64,000 bases of DNA from Fibrobacterales bacterium (GTDB lineage Bacteria > Fibrobacterota > Fibrobacteria > Fibrobacterales > JAOPTW01): NCBI GenBank assembly GCA_051532055.1, contig JAOPTX010000032.1:64001-128000 (forward strand), in the 5' to 3' direction. Below are positions 39,319-50,300 of the stretch, one piece after another. The number at the start of each line of letters is the position of its first letter. The first letter of the stretch is position 1. The position numbers were made by a program, and so were the translations under genes. The notes beneath the pieces are model-generated. The model was not told the origin of the DNA, searched no databases, and saw nothing but the letters and a program-made list of their open reading frames with translations.

Positions 39319-41142
39319 TTACTCAACATTCAAATACACCGTTGTCGTATCACGACCACTCCGCACATCAGTCACCAATACCTTTAAGCTATCTAAACCT
39401 TGATAGCCTCCTTGAGGGGTATAAGTCACTACACCATCCGCAGTTATCGATACCAATCCTTCTTTGGGTTCTGATAAAACACTCCAAGTCAACCCATCAG
39501 GATCATCTACATCAGTAGCAACAGCCGACCATATAGGACTCGCTCCTGCCCCATGAGATAGAGCGAGTACTTGCTCTGGCTTATTCGTAATAATAGGATT
39601 ATCATTCACTTCATTAATAACCACTGGAATTCGCAAAGTGTCAAAATAGACATCATCCGTTACAATTACATTTAACGTATCAGCCCCATATTGATTATTC
39701 AGGCCACCATAGGTTACACTTTTAATTGTTCCCGATCCACTTATGCCAGAGGCCTCACCTATCATAGCGCCAAAGTATGACCACTTGAGCTGGTTTCCAT
39801 CAATATCACCAGCAGAAAGGACAAGCTCTTTAGATGTATCTTCATCTATTTTTAATACAAAACCTGCCGGGAGTGCATTAAAAATAGGTGCGTTGTCATT
39901 TTGATTTACAACTCGAATCACGATGTCCTTATAGGTCGTATCTAGAGCGTCATAAACTCCAATCGAAAAAGGTACCGTTTTAACCTCTTCAAAGTCAAAA
40001 GGCATTAATGAACTTATTGTCCCCATTGAATCAATAGCAAACAATTGAGAGTCTAGAATGAATTTCACTGCGTCGCCATCTATCTCATCAACAGAAATTG
40101 TTGCTATTTCTCCTTGTATATTCTCATTAACGACGAGTGTATCAACGGTGACAACAGGGGGCGTATTTACACGTACCGTTACCGTTGCAACACCACTCAG
40201 ATTACGACTGTCTACTGCTCTAAAAGAGATGGGAAGTATGCCAGACTCCCAAAACACTTTTTTGTACACGAGGTTATTTTCATTCGAAATCTCATATATC
40301 GAGTCATTATCAAAATCCCATTCATACCGGATAATGGATTCATCATCAGTAACCACTGTGGACAAAAGAAGGGTATCACCAACTCGAACTGTGGTATCTT
40401 TTTGATTGAACACAATGCTAGGTGCTTTGTTATGAAGAAGATGTTGTACTAAGGAATCTTGGCCAACAGTTGTGGGAAATATCGTTGTAAAAGCTTCTTC
40501 ACTGAGCTGCCCCCGACTTGATAGAGTATCTCCAATAACCCGAATGAGATCTGTGGTATCCAACCCATTCAATTGGAAGTGCAAATGATGGTTTTTATAT
40601 TGAGAGTAGAGTCCTGACCCATTTAATCCATCTGCATCAACAATAGAGCGCGTAAACAAAGAATCTAACACTGCTTTTCTATCTGCAAGCTCCATCAAAG
40701 GCCTGCCCTGAACAATTTTTGCATATTCAGTTAAACAGTCAGCACTTAACGTATCCACCACGCCATCAATAGCAACTACTTCTGCATCGAGTAGAAACGT
40801 ACTACTTCGTTTCAGCAGTGGTAATCCTTGACTATAGGCAACATACATTAAGTCAACATCATCAGATTTACCACTGCTTTCGGCTGCAACTCTAATCGTA
40901 ATGTTATCTTGGACAGAATCTACAACGGTTGTCGTAAATTCGTGGGTAAGGTAGGTACGCCGTGAAGACTCATCATCAACAGCCAAATCGACTACTACTG
41001 AATCTATCACCAACGCCTTATTTTTAGTAATAGAAACAACAATCTCTCGTCGGCTCTCGCCATATTCAAGGACATTACAACTGCTGAGAAGCTGCAGAGC
41101 AAAGACCGACCATAGTAACAATTTCGTATTCATATTTCTCAT
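39319..41142 (-). CDS. Lipoprotein with PKD, cadherin and Ig-like (Big_9) repeats
   Basis: Lipobox LSSC; YEWDFDND (PKD), FDFEE and NQNDNAPIF (cadherin), VTYTP..GYQGLDS. Likely start MRNMNTK at 41142; the ORF track starts at 41220. Confidence 0.78.
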   Translation of the reverse strand: MRNMNTKLLLWSVFALQLLSSCNVLEYGESRREIVVSITKNKALVIDSVVVDLAVDDESSRRTYLTHEFTTTVVDSVQDNITIRVAAESSGKSDDVDLMYVAYSQGLPLLKRSSTFLLDAEVVAIDGVVDTLSADCLTEYAKIVQGRPLMELADRKAVLDSLFTRSIVDADGLNGSGLYSQYKNHHLHFQLNGLDTTDLIRVIGDTLSSRGQLSEEAFTTIFPTTVGQDSLVQHLLHNKAPSIVFNQKDTTVRVGDTLLLSTVVTDDESIIRYEWDFDNDSIYEISNENNLVYKKVFWESGILPISFRAVDSRNLSGVATVTVRVNTPPVVTVDTLVVNENIQGEIATISVDEIDGDAVKFILDSQLFAIDSMGTISSLMPFDFEEVKTVPFSIGVYDALDTTYKDIVIRVVNQNDNAPIFNALPAGFVLKIDEDTSKELVLSAGDIDGNQLKWSYFGAMIGEASGISGSGTIKSVTYGGLNNQYGADTLNVIVTDDVYFDTLRIPVVINEVNDNPIITNKPEQVLALSHGAGASPIWSAVATDVDDPDGLTWSVLSEPKEGLVSITADGVVTYTPQGGYQGLDSLKVLVTDVRSGRDTTTVYLNVE

Positions 41143-41146
41143 AGTA

Positions 41147-44100
41147 TTAGTAGGTAAACTTAAGTACATACACGCCAGCATCCAAATGCAATGGAATAGA
41201 GACTGACGCTGCATCAACATTTAATTGAGAAACCAGCTCTCCACGGAGGGTAAAAATAGAGCACTCTTCTACATCATCTGGAATCGAAAACTCAGTTAAT
41301 GCACCAGCTGAATTATTTACAATAACCATTTTTCTCTGATCATCAATTAACGTATTACCATAGGTAATAGGTGAAATAGAGTCTACAGGATTGGGTAATG
41401 CAATAAGCGTCGTATCGCCCCGCTCTGGCTGTGGGACCGTTACAGGTACATCTATTTGTGTAGAACTCACAGCACTACCACCCTGCGCTGAAGAAAGCGA
41501 AATAGAATTGTCAATCACCTGTACTACTAGTGTATCTGTTTCAGACACTGCCAATCCATCGGTAACCTGAATTGGTATAGCAAGACGCCCTGTAAAGCCA
41601 TCCTGAGCAATCACGTTGGTACCATACGCTGTAAAATAGTCACTAAACCCTATAAGTACTGACAGCGCATCACCATCAGCATCAACTGCTTTAATCAAAG
41701 TATCGGCAACAGCTATCGTTGTTTGAGGCCCAATAGAAAGAGGTGCTATAGATTCAATATACGGTGCATCATTCACCGGCATAACATCAACAGATAACAG
41801 AACACTTTGAGACGTGTCAATGCCATCAGTGGCTGAGACGGGCACTTGCAGTGCACCATTATAATTACTTTCAGGAGTGACGGTTAATCCACTTACCGTA
41901 TAATGTTCACCGTGCCCTACGAGTATATTGAGATTCTCATTGTCTACATCAAGTAAGGTTACCATGTCTTTGGTAAATACAATGGGTGTATCTTCATTTA
42001 TTTTCTGCGACTTGGGAAGGAGTACTTGTGGCACATCATTTACCGGAGCAACCACAACAGTCATAGAAATATTTTTGATCGTATCTCTACCATTGGTTAT
42101 TGCTACCGGTACCGATAATTCGCCATTAAAATGCAAGGTTGGTGTAATCACATTATCAACGATTGTATAATTTGCACCACTGCTAATAATAACACTCAAA
42201 GGATCATCGACATCAACCGCATCGGTCATAGACAGAGTTATCTCTAGTGGAGCATCTTCATCAATTTCCTTATTATCAACCTTTGAAAAGGTAAGAGGGT
42301 CATCCACCGCATCTACTTGAATATGGAGCTGAATGGTATCCGACCTATCGGTACCATCAGACACACAAACAGGAACTGATAAGGCCCCAAAGAAATGTTC
42401 ATGGGGTAGTATTGAATCATTTCTTAAAACATATGATGAATCTGACAAAACAATCAGTGACAGATTATCACCTTCCACATCTGTAGCTTCATACATTATA
42501 GTGCTGATATCAATTCCTACCTCTTCTACTGTAGTTATTGAATCCACCTTCTTAAAGTCTGGTTTGTCATTAACAGAGTTGATAATAAGCTCCATTGGAA
42601 CATAACTCGTTGTCTCTGTCCCATCGGTAATTGCTATTTGCAGTTGAATTGTTCCATGAAAATTTTCTACTGGTTCCACAATTGCATCGGTGATCACAAC
42701 ATCTTTATGAGGTTCAATAACTACTTGTAGAGGGTCATTATCATCATCTTTTGCATCGGTCATTAGGGACGTGAGCTCGATGAGGCCATCTTCATCGATT
42801 ATTTGGTTATGGGCGAGGGATAGCGTCGGTAGGTCGTTTATTGGAGTTACTGTTAATTTAAAATCAACGGGGCCAATGATGTCTGTTCCGTCATCTACAG
42901 ATACTGGAATTGTAAGATTACCATTAAAGTTATGGCTGGGAATGATAGTAGTTCCTGAAACTGTGTAATTATCACCTTTTTGAATTAAAAAAGTAAGGTT
43001 ATCATCATCAACATTGAGGACATCAGTTATTTGCTGAGTAAGGGTTATATCTGAGTCTTCATCTATTGTTTTTGGTTGAATAGCAGTGAAGATGGTGGGG
43101 TCATTTACTGGTTGGACGGTAATTACAATTTCTGCTGTGTCTTTGAGTTCTCCATCTGTAATAATATGTTTCACCAAAAGCTCCCCATTCCAATGTTCAT
43201 CGGGAGAGATTATTAAAGTTTCATTTTCTATTCTATGAGTGGCATTTATTAATTCTCCTGAAATAACTTTTTCAAATTCTATTATACTAATATGGTCGGT
43301 GTCGTTTTGTAGTAATTCGGAGATTAATACAGATAATTCTATATCTTCTTGGATGATGTAAGCATCATTAACAGCATCTGGTTTATAATTTTTTTGTTTT
43401 ATAAACACAGCGAAGCTTTGATTACTCCACAAAGTATCTGAATTAAAATTTATTCCTGACCGATATACCACAGTATCTTTAGTCCCAATCGAATCGCCCT
43501 CATCAAACAAATACCACGATAGGGAATCTGTTGTCCCATTATTTAAAACACTATCAAATTTAAAAAATGTTGGCCGAGTAAATGTTTGGCCATTAACATC
43601 GTTTTTAAGAATACCATTAATCTTAGTTTTTCCACTGATTCCAATCGTTCCAAAAGTAAGGTCGTTATCTATTATTGCAGTAGGTGGATTTATAACATTT
43701 CTCAATGCAGGGTATGTATCACCATTACTCATTCTCCATATATATTGAAAGTTCCAATTTTCAAATAGGCTAATATTTTTCATGTTCTCTTCTGTTACCC
43801 CTTCGTAATTCGTACCATCACCATCAGATGTTGACTGTCCAGATGCATCAATCGCCCAATAACAATCTTCTATAACTACATCATAATACGCACTTCCAAT
43901 CAAGCCCCCCCCTCCAATTACACTACCAACCGAGTACACATTTCTTATTGTATCACTAGCATACCCAACTGCCCCCCCAACAGAGTAACGTCCCTCTATA
44001 CTTCCACTATTATAGCAGTCCTCTATCACGCTGATTGAATCTGAAAATCCATAATTTGTTTTCCCGACGAGTCCCCCAATATAAGAGTCTCCCATAACTC

Positions 44101-47014
44101 TTACTTGACTAATACATTTTTCTAAAACACCATTGTTTCCACCAACAAGGCCACCCAGATATCTTCCTCCTTCAATTTGTCCTTTCGCCACTACATTCCT
44201 AACTTGCCCAGAATTATATCCTACCACTCCACCAATGTATTCAGAATTAGCTTTTCCACTGATATTCACTTCAACTGAGACACCCTCAATTAATCCCTTA
44301 TTAGTTCCCGCCACCCCTCCAATATTATTTCTACTACTTATTATTTCTCCATTAAACTCTATTTCAACCTTCAAATTTTTGACTATTGCATTTTCATCTA
44401 TTACACCAAATAACCCAACATTATCATTTAATGGTTTATTAATATACAAATTCCTTATTCCAAAATTATTTCCAATAAACACGCCTTGAAAAGGTGTATT
44501 AAATGTCCCAATTGGACTAAAATACTCGTTTTTAGATTGTACAGCATCAATATTATTTTTTAACCTATAAATCCCATCGATTGGATATTTATGATTAATC
44601 CCAATATGTTTTAGCTCTGTATAACTGAGGAGATCAATAGTATCAAAAGGACATGCAACATACGTAACCCCCCCCCAAATAGTATCATCTATACCAGAAA
44701 GTATACCAGGCCTATAAAAAAGATAAATCGAATCCTTCACACTATTTAATTTATACTTACCGGAATATTGTGCTTCTGATATTGTATCATTTAGCAAACT
44801 AATATCATTATTTATAAACTGTTTAAAATCATTTAAACTCGGAATAGAATCTAAAACATCTGGAACTCCAACAGGCCCATTAGGTACATTTCTCAAAAAT
44901 GGAGACGTACTTGTATTTATATCCCAAGTATTAATAAAATCAAAATTATTAAAATTTTCTTTCTCTACTAATTCTCCAAACTGCAAACCTCTACAATGAC
45001 TTTCATCAGCATCAAAATAATCCCATGTAGTTTCACTATTCCAGTAAGAATTTGAATCACTATAATTAATAGCTCCTATAGGAGAAACCCGCCTCTCATT
45101 TGATTCAATGATACCATTGAAAAAATTATTCCTATTGGAAGCATAGCCAAAATATGTTTTACCCCCACTCAAGCCTCCAGAATATGTATTAACTCCTCTA
45201 CTATCTATAAAAGTCTCACTTGTTATATACCCCGTTGAATAACTATTTTCTAAGCATGTATAACTTATCCCAAGCCCAATAATTCCACCAGCGGATCCTG
45301 AAACATCAAAATTATTTACTGTAGCACTACTATATATTTCATTTAGACAAATGGTGCCATTATTTTCATTGCTACCTATTACCCCTCCAGTATACTTAGC
45401 ACCTTCAGTAATTCCATGAGTATACACTCTATCGATTTGGCCAGCATTTTTCCCAGCAAGAATACCCACATGATCTCTCCCTTTTACTTTTCCAATCACT
45501 CCAACATCAACTATCCATGACTCTTCACCGGCTACTCCAATTAACCCAATATTGTCTTCAAACTGCCGATCAATATTAAAATTGAAAATATGATAACCAT
45601 TCCCATTTAATGTTCCGGTAAATGGACTTTGAATTGTGCCAATAGGTATGAATCCTTCCCCACCATTTTCTGATTTTGAATTTCTTGCATCAATATCATT
45701 AATTAAGTTATAATAGCCATCAAGTGGATAGTCCTCATGTACTCCAATTTTTTTCAGATCTTGATAGGTCGAAATATTTTTTTGATCAAATGGTACCACA
45801 AGCTTTGCCTCAGCTCCCCAAAGAGTATCACCGTTCTGCAATATTTCGCCTGGTATATACATAAAATAGAGTGAATCTCTTGAATCGTTTCTAACACTAT
45901 ACCCTGTTGATCTTACTTCAGTAATCGTATGATTTTCATAATCTATATCATTTACCAAAAAAGCATTTAAATTTAATGTATCAGAAATACTAGAAGATAT
46001 ATCATTAATACCTTCTGGTGGATTTTCCAGATGTATAAGAGCAGGAAACCCACCATGATCATTATTCCATATTGTGGTAAAATTCCAATTTTTAAAATTG
46101 TTTACATCCCTCATTTCGCTTGATGTCAAACCTTTATATGATACCCCGTCTTGCCCCGCTGAGGTCAATACTCCACTTCGCTCTATGTCCCAATAACAAT
46201 TTTCTACAACCAGTGTTCCCATTGTAAACCCTAGCAACCCCCCTGAATTTCTAGGCACCCTTCCATAGCTATAGGAGTTAATGATAGTTGAGCTTCTTGC
46301 TGCCCGTATAAGGCCACCACACTTATCAACATTACATTCACTTTCTGATTGAATCACTGTATAAGCATAACTGTCTCTTATTATACCATCAGTATCCATA
46401 CCAACTAACCCACCACCAGAATTAATCGAGCCACCAGCATAACTTTGAACTATTTCTCCACTATTATTACCAACTAAACCCCCGCCTCTTGAATTATTTT
46501 GAGTTATAGAAAAACTTCTTTCAATTCTCCCATCATTATCTCCTACTAAGCCACCTGGCAACTCATACCCATATGCCTCAACAACACCCATACTATAACA
46601 ATTTATGATTCTTCCTTTGTTTATAGCTGTAAGCATACCAACAGTTCTATGACCACTAACAAACCCTTTCACACCAAGATTTTTTATTATTGCCGTATCT
46701 GAAACCATATAGAACAGTCCCGAGGCATACTTATCTGGAGATAGACTAAAATTATGAATTTTATGATTCCCCCCATCAAACGTTCCCCGGAATTCATCTA
46801 AGATTGCAATAATCACTCCTTGCCCACCAGCGTCAATATCCTGGGTCATTTCATAATGCGCCCCAAGATCATCATTCACCTTAAGCAGGTCCTCATAATC
46901 CTCTATCAAATACGGCCCCCCCACAGTCCCAGACCCACTCAAAACCCCACCAACAGCAAAAAGATTCACCGATAATAAGCAAAGAAAGAAAAAAGAAGTA
47001 ATGACTTGTTTCAC
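41147..47014 (-). CDS. Large secreted adhesin-like protein: three GLUG-type modules, tandem cadherin-like repeats, T9SS-like C-terminal domain
   Basis: Signal peptide from GTG at 47014 (GAGG RBS); GGLVG repeats; repeated V.PVNDxP...I.ED units; C-terminal SIFTLRGELV...GVYVLK. Confidence 0.8.
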   Translation of the reverse strand: MKQVITSFFFLCLLSVNLFAVGGVLSGSGTVGGPYLIEDYEDLLKVNDDLGAHYEMTQDIDAGGQGVIIAILDEFRGTFDGGNHKIHNFSLSPDKYASGLFYMVSDTAIIKNLGVKGFVSGHRTVGMLTAINKGRIINCYSMGVVEAYGYELPGGLVGDNDGRIERSFSITQNNSRGGGLVGNNSGEIVQSYAGGSINSGGGLVGMDTDGIIRDSYAYTVIQSESECNVDKCGGLIRAARSSTIINSYSYGRVPRNSGGLLGFTMGTLVVENCYWDIERSGVLTSAGQDGVSYKGLTSSEMRDVNNFKNWNFTTIWNNDHGGFPALIHLENPPEGINDISSSISDTLNLNAFLVNDIDYENHTITEVRSTGYSVRNDSRDSLYFMYIPGEILQNGDTLWGAEAKLVVPFDQKNISTYQDLKKIGVHEDYPLDGYYNLINDIDARNSKSENGGEGFIPIGTIQSPFTGTLNGNGYHIFNFNIDRQFEDNIGLIGVAGEESWIVDVGVIGKVKGRDHVGILAGKNAGQIDRVYTHGITEGAKYTGGVIGSNENNGTICLNEIYSSATVNNFDVSGSAGGIIGLGISYTCLENSYSTGYITSETFIDSRGVNTYSGGLSGGKTYFGYASNRNNFFNGIIESNERRVSPIGAINYSDSNSYWNSETTWDYFDADESHCRGLQFGELVEKENFNNFDFINTWDINTSTSPFLRNVPNGPVGVPDVLDSIPSLNDFKQFINNDISLLNDTISEAQYSGKYKLNSVKDSIYLFYRPGILSGIDDTIWGGVTYVACPFDTIDLLSYTELKHIGINHKYPIDGIYRLKNNIDAVQSKNEYFSPIGTFNTPFQGVFIGNNFGIRNLYINKPLNDNVGLFGVIDENAIVKNLKVEIEFNGEIISSRNNIGGVAGTNKGLIEGVSVEVNISGKANSEYIGGVVGYNSGQVRNVVAKGQIEGGRYLGGLVGGNNGVLEKCISQVRVMGDSYIGGLVGKTNYGFSDSISVIEDCYNSGSIEGRYSVGGAVGYASDTIRNVYSVGSVIGGGGLIGSAYYDVVIEDCYWAIDASGQSTSDGDGTNYEGVTEENMKNISLFENWNFQYIWRMSNGDTYPALRNVINPPTAIIDNDLTFGTIGISGKTKINGILKNDVNGQTFTRPTFFKFDSVLNNGTTDSLSWYLFDEGDSIGTKDTVVYRSGINFNSDTLWSNQSFAVFIKQKNYKPDAVNDAYIIQEDIELSVLISELLQNDTDHISIIEFEKVISGELINATHRIENETLIISPDEHWNGELLVKHIITDGELKDTAEIVITVQPVNDPTIFTAIQPKTIDEDSDITLTQQITDVLNVDDDNLTFLIQKGDNYTVSGTTIIPSHNFNGNLTIPVSVDDGTDIIGPVDFKLTVTPINDLPTLSLAHNQIIDEDGLIELTSLMTDAKDDDNDPLQVVIEPHKDVVITDAIVEPVENFHGTIQLQIAITDGTETTSYVPMELIINSVNDKPDFKKVDSITTVEEVGIDISTIMYEATDVEGDNLSLIVLSDSSYVLRNDSILPHEHFFGALSVPVCVSDGTDRSDTIQLHIQVDAVDDPLTFSKVDNKEIDEDAPLEITLSMTDAVDVDDPLSVIISSGANYTIVDNVITPTLHFNGELSVPVAITNGRDTIKNISMTVVVAPVNDVPQVLLPKSQKINEDTPIVFTKDMVTLLDVDNENLNILVGHGEHYTVSGLTVTPESNYNGALQVPVSATDGIDTSQSVLLSVDVMPVNDAPYIESIAPLSIGPQTTIAVADTLIKAVDADGDALSVLIGFSDYFTAYGTNVIAQDGFTGRLAIPIQVTDGLAVSETDTLVVQVIDNSISLSSAQGGSAVSSTQIDVPVTVPQPERGDTTLIALPNPVDSISPITYGNTLIDDQRKMVIVNNSAGALTEFSIPDDVEECSIFTLRGELVSQLNVDAASVSIPLHLDAGVYVLKFTY

Positions 47015-47338
47015 AGAAACCTCACAATAAATGCGCAAAGCATGAATGCTCTACAAAGAATATATCCCCAGACTGAGCAATAATAGAAAGCATTAGGCAA
47101 CACTGCTCAATGTTAATCCGAGTTTACATTCACACTCAATAAGTGTGACAACAAACACATTAAAATCCTCAAAAAGCCCCACTTATGTGGCGCCAAACCA
47201 AACCACGTAAATATTTTCAATACAGTAAGTTAAAAAAACGACTTACAGTGAACTATCAAGTATTTTCTTTATTAGATTTAAAAGACGCTACTCGCATCAG
47301 AACGAAGTAGTAACTACTGGGGACATAAAGGATTTCGA

Positions 47339-50300
47339 ATGATACAAAGCACCTTCGGGCACGTGCTCTTATTTTCGCGTTTTGTTACAGTTACTGTAGC
47401 ATTACTTATAACGTGCACCTCATCATCACTCTTTGCTGAGCAAGTAAAGGATACTAAGTTCGCCGTTGGGCGTGGGTTTTATGAAGGGGTTATCTATGAT
47501 ACCATAACGACAAAAACTGAAGGGGCGACTATATGGTACACCTTGGATGGGAGTGATCCGAGTGATGAGAATAGTAGAAGACTCAGCACAGGTTTTGATG
47601 GTACCTCTGGCGATTCAATTATTGTTGAAATAAACCCACTGAGTACAGATAACGATAGACCATTTACTCCAGGTGTAGTCATCCGGGCCTTTGCTCAGGC
47701 TGAACAAAGTTCTGGGCTAGACGACACGGACATAGATACTCATACTTATTTATTTGTTAAAGAAGTGCCTAATATTACAATGGGTAATTGGAAACCGGGG
47801 TCTGAATGGCCTGATCAACGAAAAATTGATAAAAATGCTTTTACCCCTCAAAGTTTTGACTATAGAATTGATCCAAATACAGTATCCCATTATGGATCCG
47901 AGTCAATTATTCTTTCCCTAAAATCCATTCCTAGTATTATGCTCACCGTTCCAACTGATAGTCTATTTGATGACAATTACGGAATATATGCTAACGCATG
48001 GAAAAGGAAAGGATATAACTTTGATGATTGGGAACGTTCTGGGTCTATAGAAATTATCACACATAATGATTCAATATCAGAACAAGTAAATACTGGAGTC
48101 AGAATCAGGGGGGGCTATAGTAGACATGGTGGGAATCCAAAACATGCATTTAGACTATTTTTCAGATCTGAGTATGGAGATAGCAAATTTAATTTTCCAT
48201 TATTCGGTACTGAAGGTGTCTCTAAATTTGATAAAATAGATCTTCGCACCGCTCAAAACCATTCATGGTCATTCAAAGGTAGTGGCAATAATACTTTTCT
48301 CCACGATGTTTTTTCCCGAGATTTACAGCGAGAGATGGGTCAACCTTATGGGAGAAGCAGATACTATCATCTCTATATTAATGGATTATACTGGGGTTTA
48401 TACCAGTCTGAAGAAAGACCAGAGGCTGCCTTTGCCTCTTCTTATTTTGGTGGTGACGCTGATGACTATGACGTATTGAAAGTAAAAGGAAGAATATATG
48501 AAAATGGAAATTTTGTAGACTACTACACTCTTGACACAGAAGGAGTTAATACTGCTCTTTATAGAGACTTATTTGAAAAAACAAAAAACAAAGTCACTTC
48601 AGTAACAGAATATTACTCCCTTCAATCAAAAGATCGAGATGGAATTTATGATCCAAATGGCACCAAGTTGCTTGACCCAATCAATCTTGCGGACTATATG
48701 ATCGGAATATATTACACAGGTGACCGTGATGCCCCCATTACTGAATACCAAGGAAACACCAAACTAAACAACTTTTATTGTTTCATTAATAGAGAAAATC
48801 CGGACGGCTTTAAATGGATAAGACATGATGCAGAGCATTCTTTGGATAGGACTGGGGTAGACAAAAATAGAACTGGTCCATTCGATAACACACAACAGTT
48901 CCACTTATTCAACCCCCAAGTTCTCCATCAACAACTCATAGACAATTCAGAATATAGAACCCTATTTAGCGACAGAGTGTATAGACACTTTTACAATAAC
49001 GGGGCACTTACCATCCACAATACCGAAGAATTACTTATCTCTAGAAGAGATGAAGTCGAAGGAGCTATTATAGCCGAATCCGCTCGTTGGGGGGATACTC
49101 ATATCAGCGGGAATGGGTTTTTATCATATGATGATTGGTCTACCGCTGTAGACACAACGTTACTTCAAAACTATATTCCTCATAGATTATCCAAGGTAAA
49201 ATCACAACTTAGAGATAAAGGCTGGCTTAGCTCAATGTATCCCCCAGAGGTTAAAAGAAATGGTAATAAAATTGAAGTTCAATCTACTGGATTTACATTA
49301 GGTGAGACTATAATTTTTGATTCACCTAATGCTATTTATTACACATTTAATGGTTCAGACCCTCGCGCCTCGAGAGGTGGCATACAAGGAATTCTCTATT
49401 CTAGCAACTCACTCATTCCAATTGAACATGGCGTTTTAAAAGTCAGAAGCCATGATGGAAATAACTGGAGTCCTCTTAGGGAAATTCAATTTCTACACGA
49501 ACTTGCCCCCCAATCCCTCGCAATAAACGAAATCCACTACAATCCTTTTGACACACTCTATCAAGGCGACACAGAAGCCACAGATGAAACAGACTTCCAA
49601 TATATTGAACTTAAAAATACAAGCTCAGAGCAACTTAACCTGACTGGCGTAACATTCACTCAAGGAGTTTTTTACGACTTCCCTGACAATACCGTCATCG
49701 AACCAGGAGAGCTGTATGTTATTGCAACGTCTATCCCCGATTTCGAAGCACGCTACGGATTCAAACCCCATGGCTGGATGAAAGGCGAGCTCAGTAAACG
49801 CGGTGAACCACTCGTCATAAAAGATTGGCTCGGTACTATTGTCGACTCCGTAAGCTACCTCGATGACTCACCATGGAATGCAGAAGCAGATGGTGAAGGA
49901 CTCTCACTCATCCGTATTGACCCAACAACTGGCGCAAACGACCCATTAAACTGGACTGCTTCAAAACAATTTAGCGGTTCACCTAATGTAGAGAACAGCA
50001 CTACAGTAGCCCCTTCACCACTCCAAAACGTTAAACTATCTGAAATCCACTACCACCCGAAAGACTCGGGACTCGTTGATGATGATGAATATGAATTTCT
50101 TGAATTTTACAACACCAGTGATCAAGAGCTCAGCCTCAAAGACCTCCGGTTTACATCTGGGGTTAACTACTGGTTTCCTGACATAACCATCAAACCTGAC
50201 AGTTTTTATGTAATCGCCTCAAATGCTACAGAATTTACAGCACGCTACGGCTTTGCTCCCCATGCAGAATACACCAAAGGGCTTAGTAATAGCGGTGAAT

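Noticed and set aside
41147..41220. 74-nt overlap between the two large minus-strand ORFs
   Set aside because: An artefact of the longest-ORF start call; the signal peptide indicates a start at 41142 or 41133.
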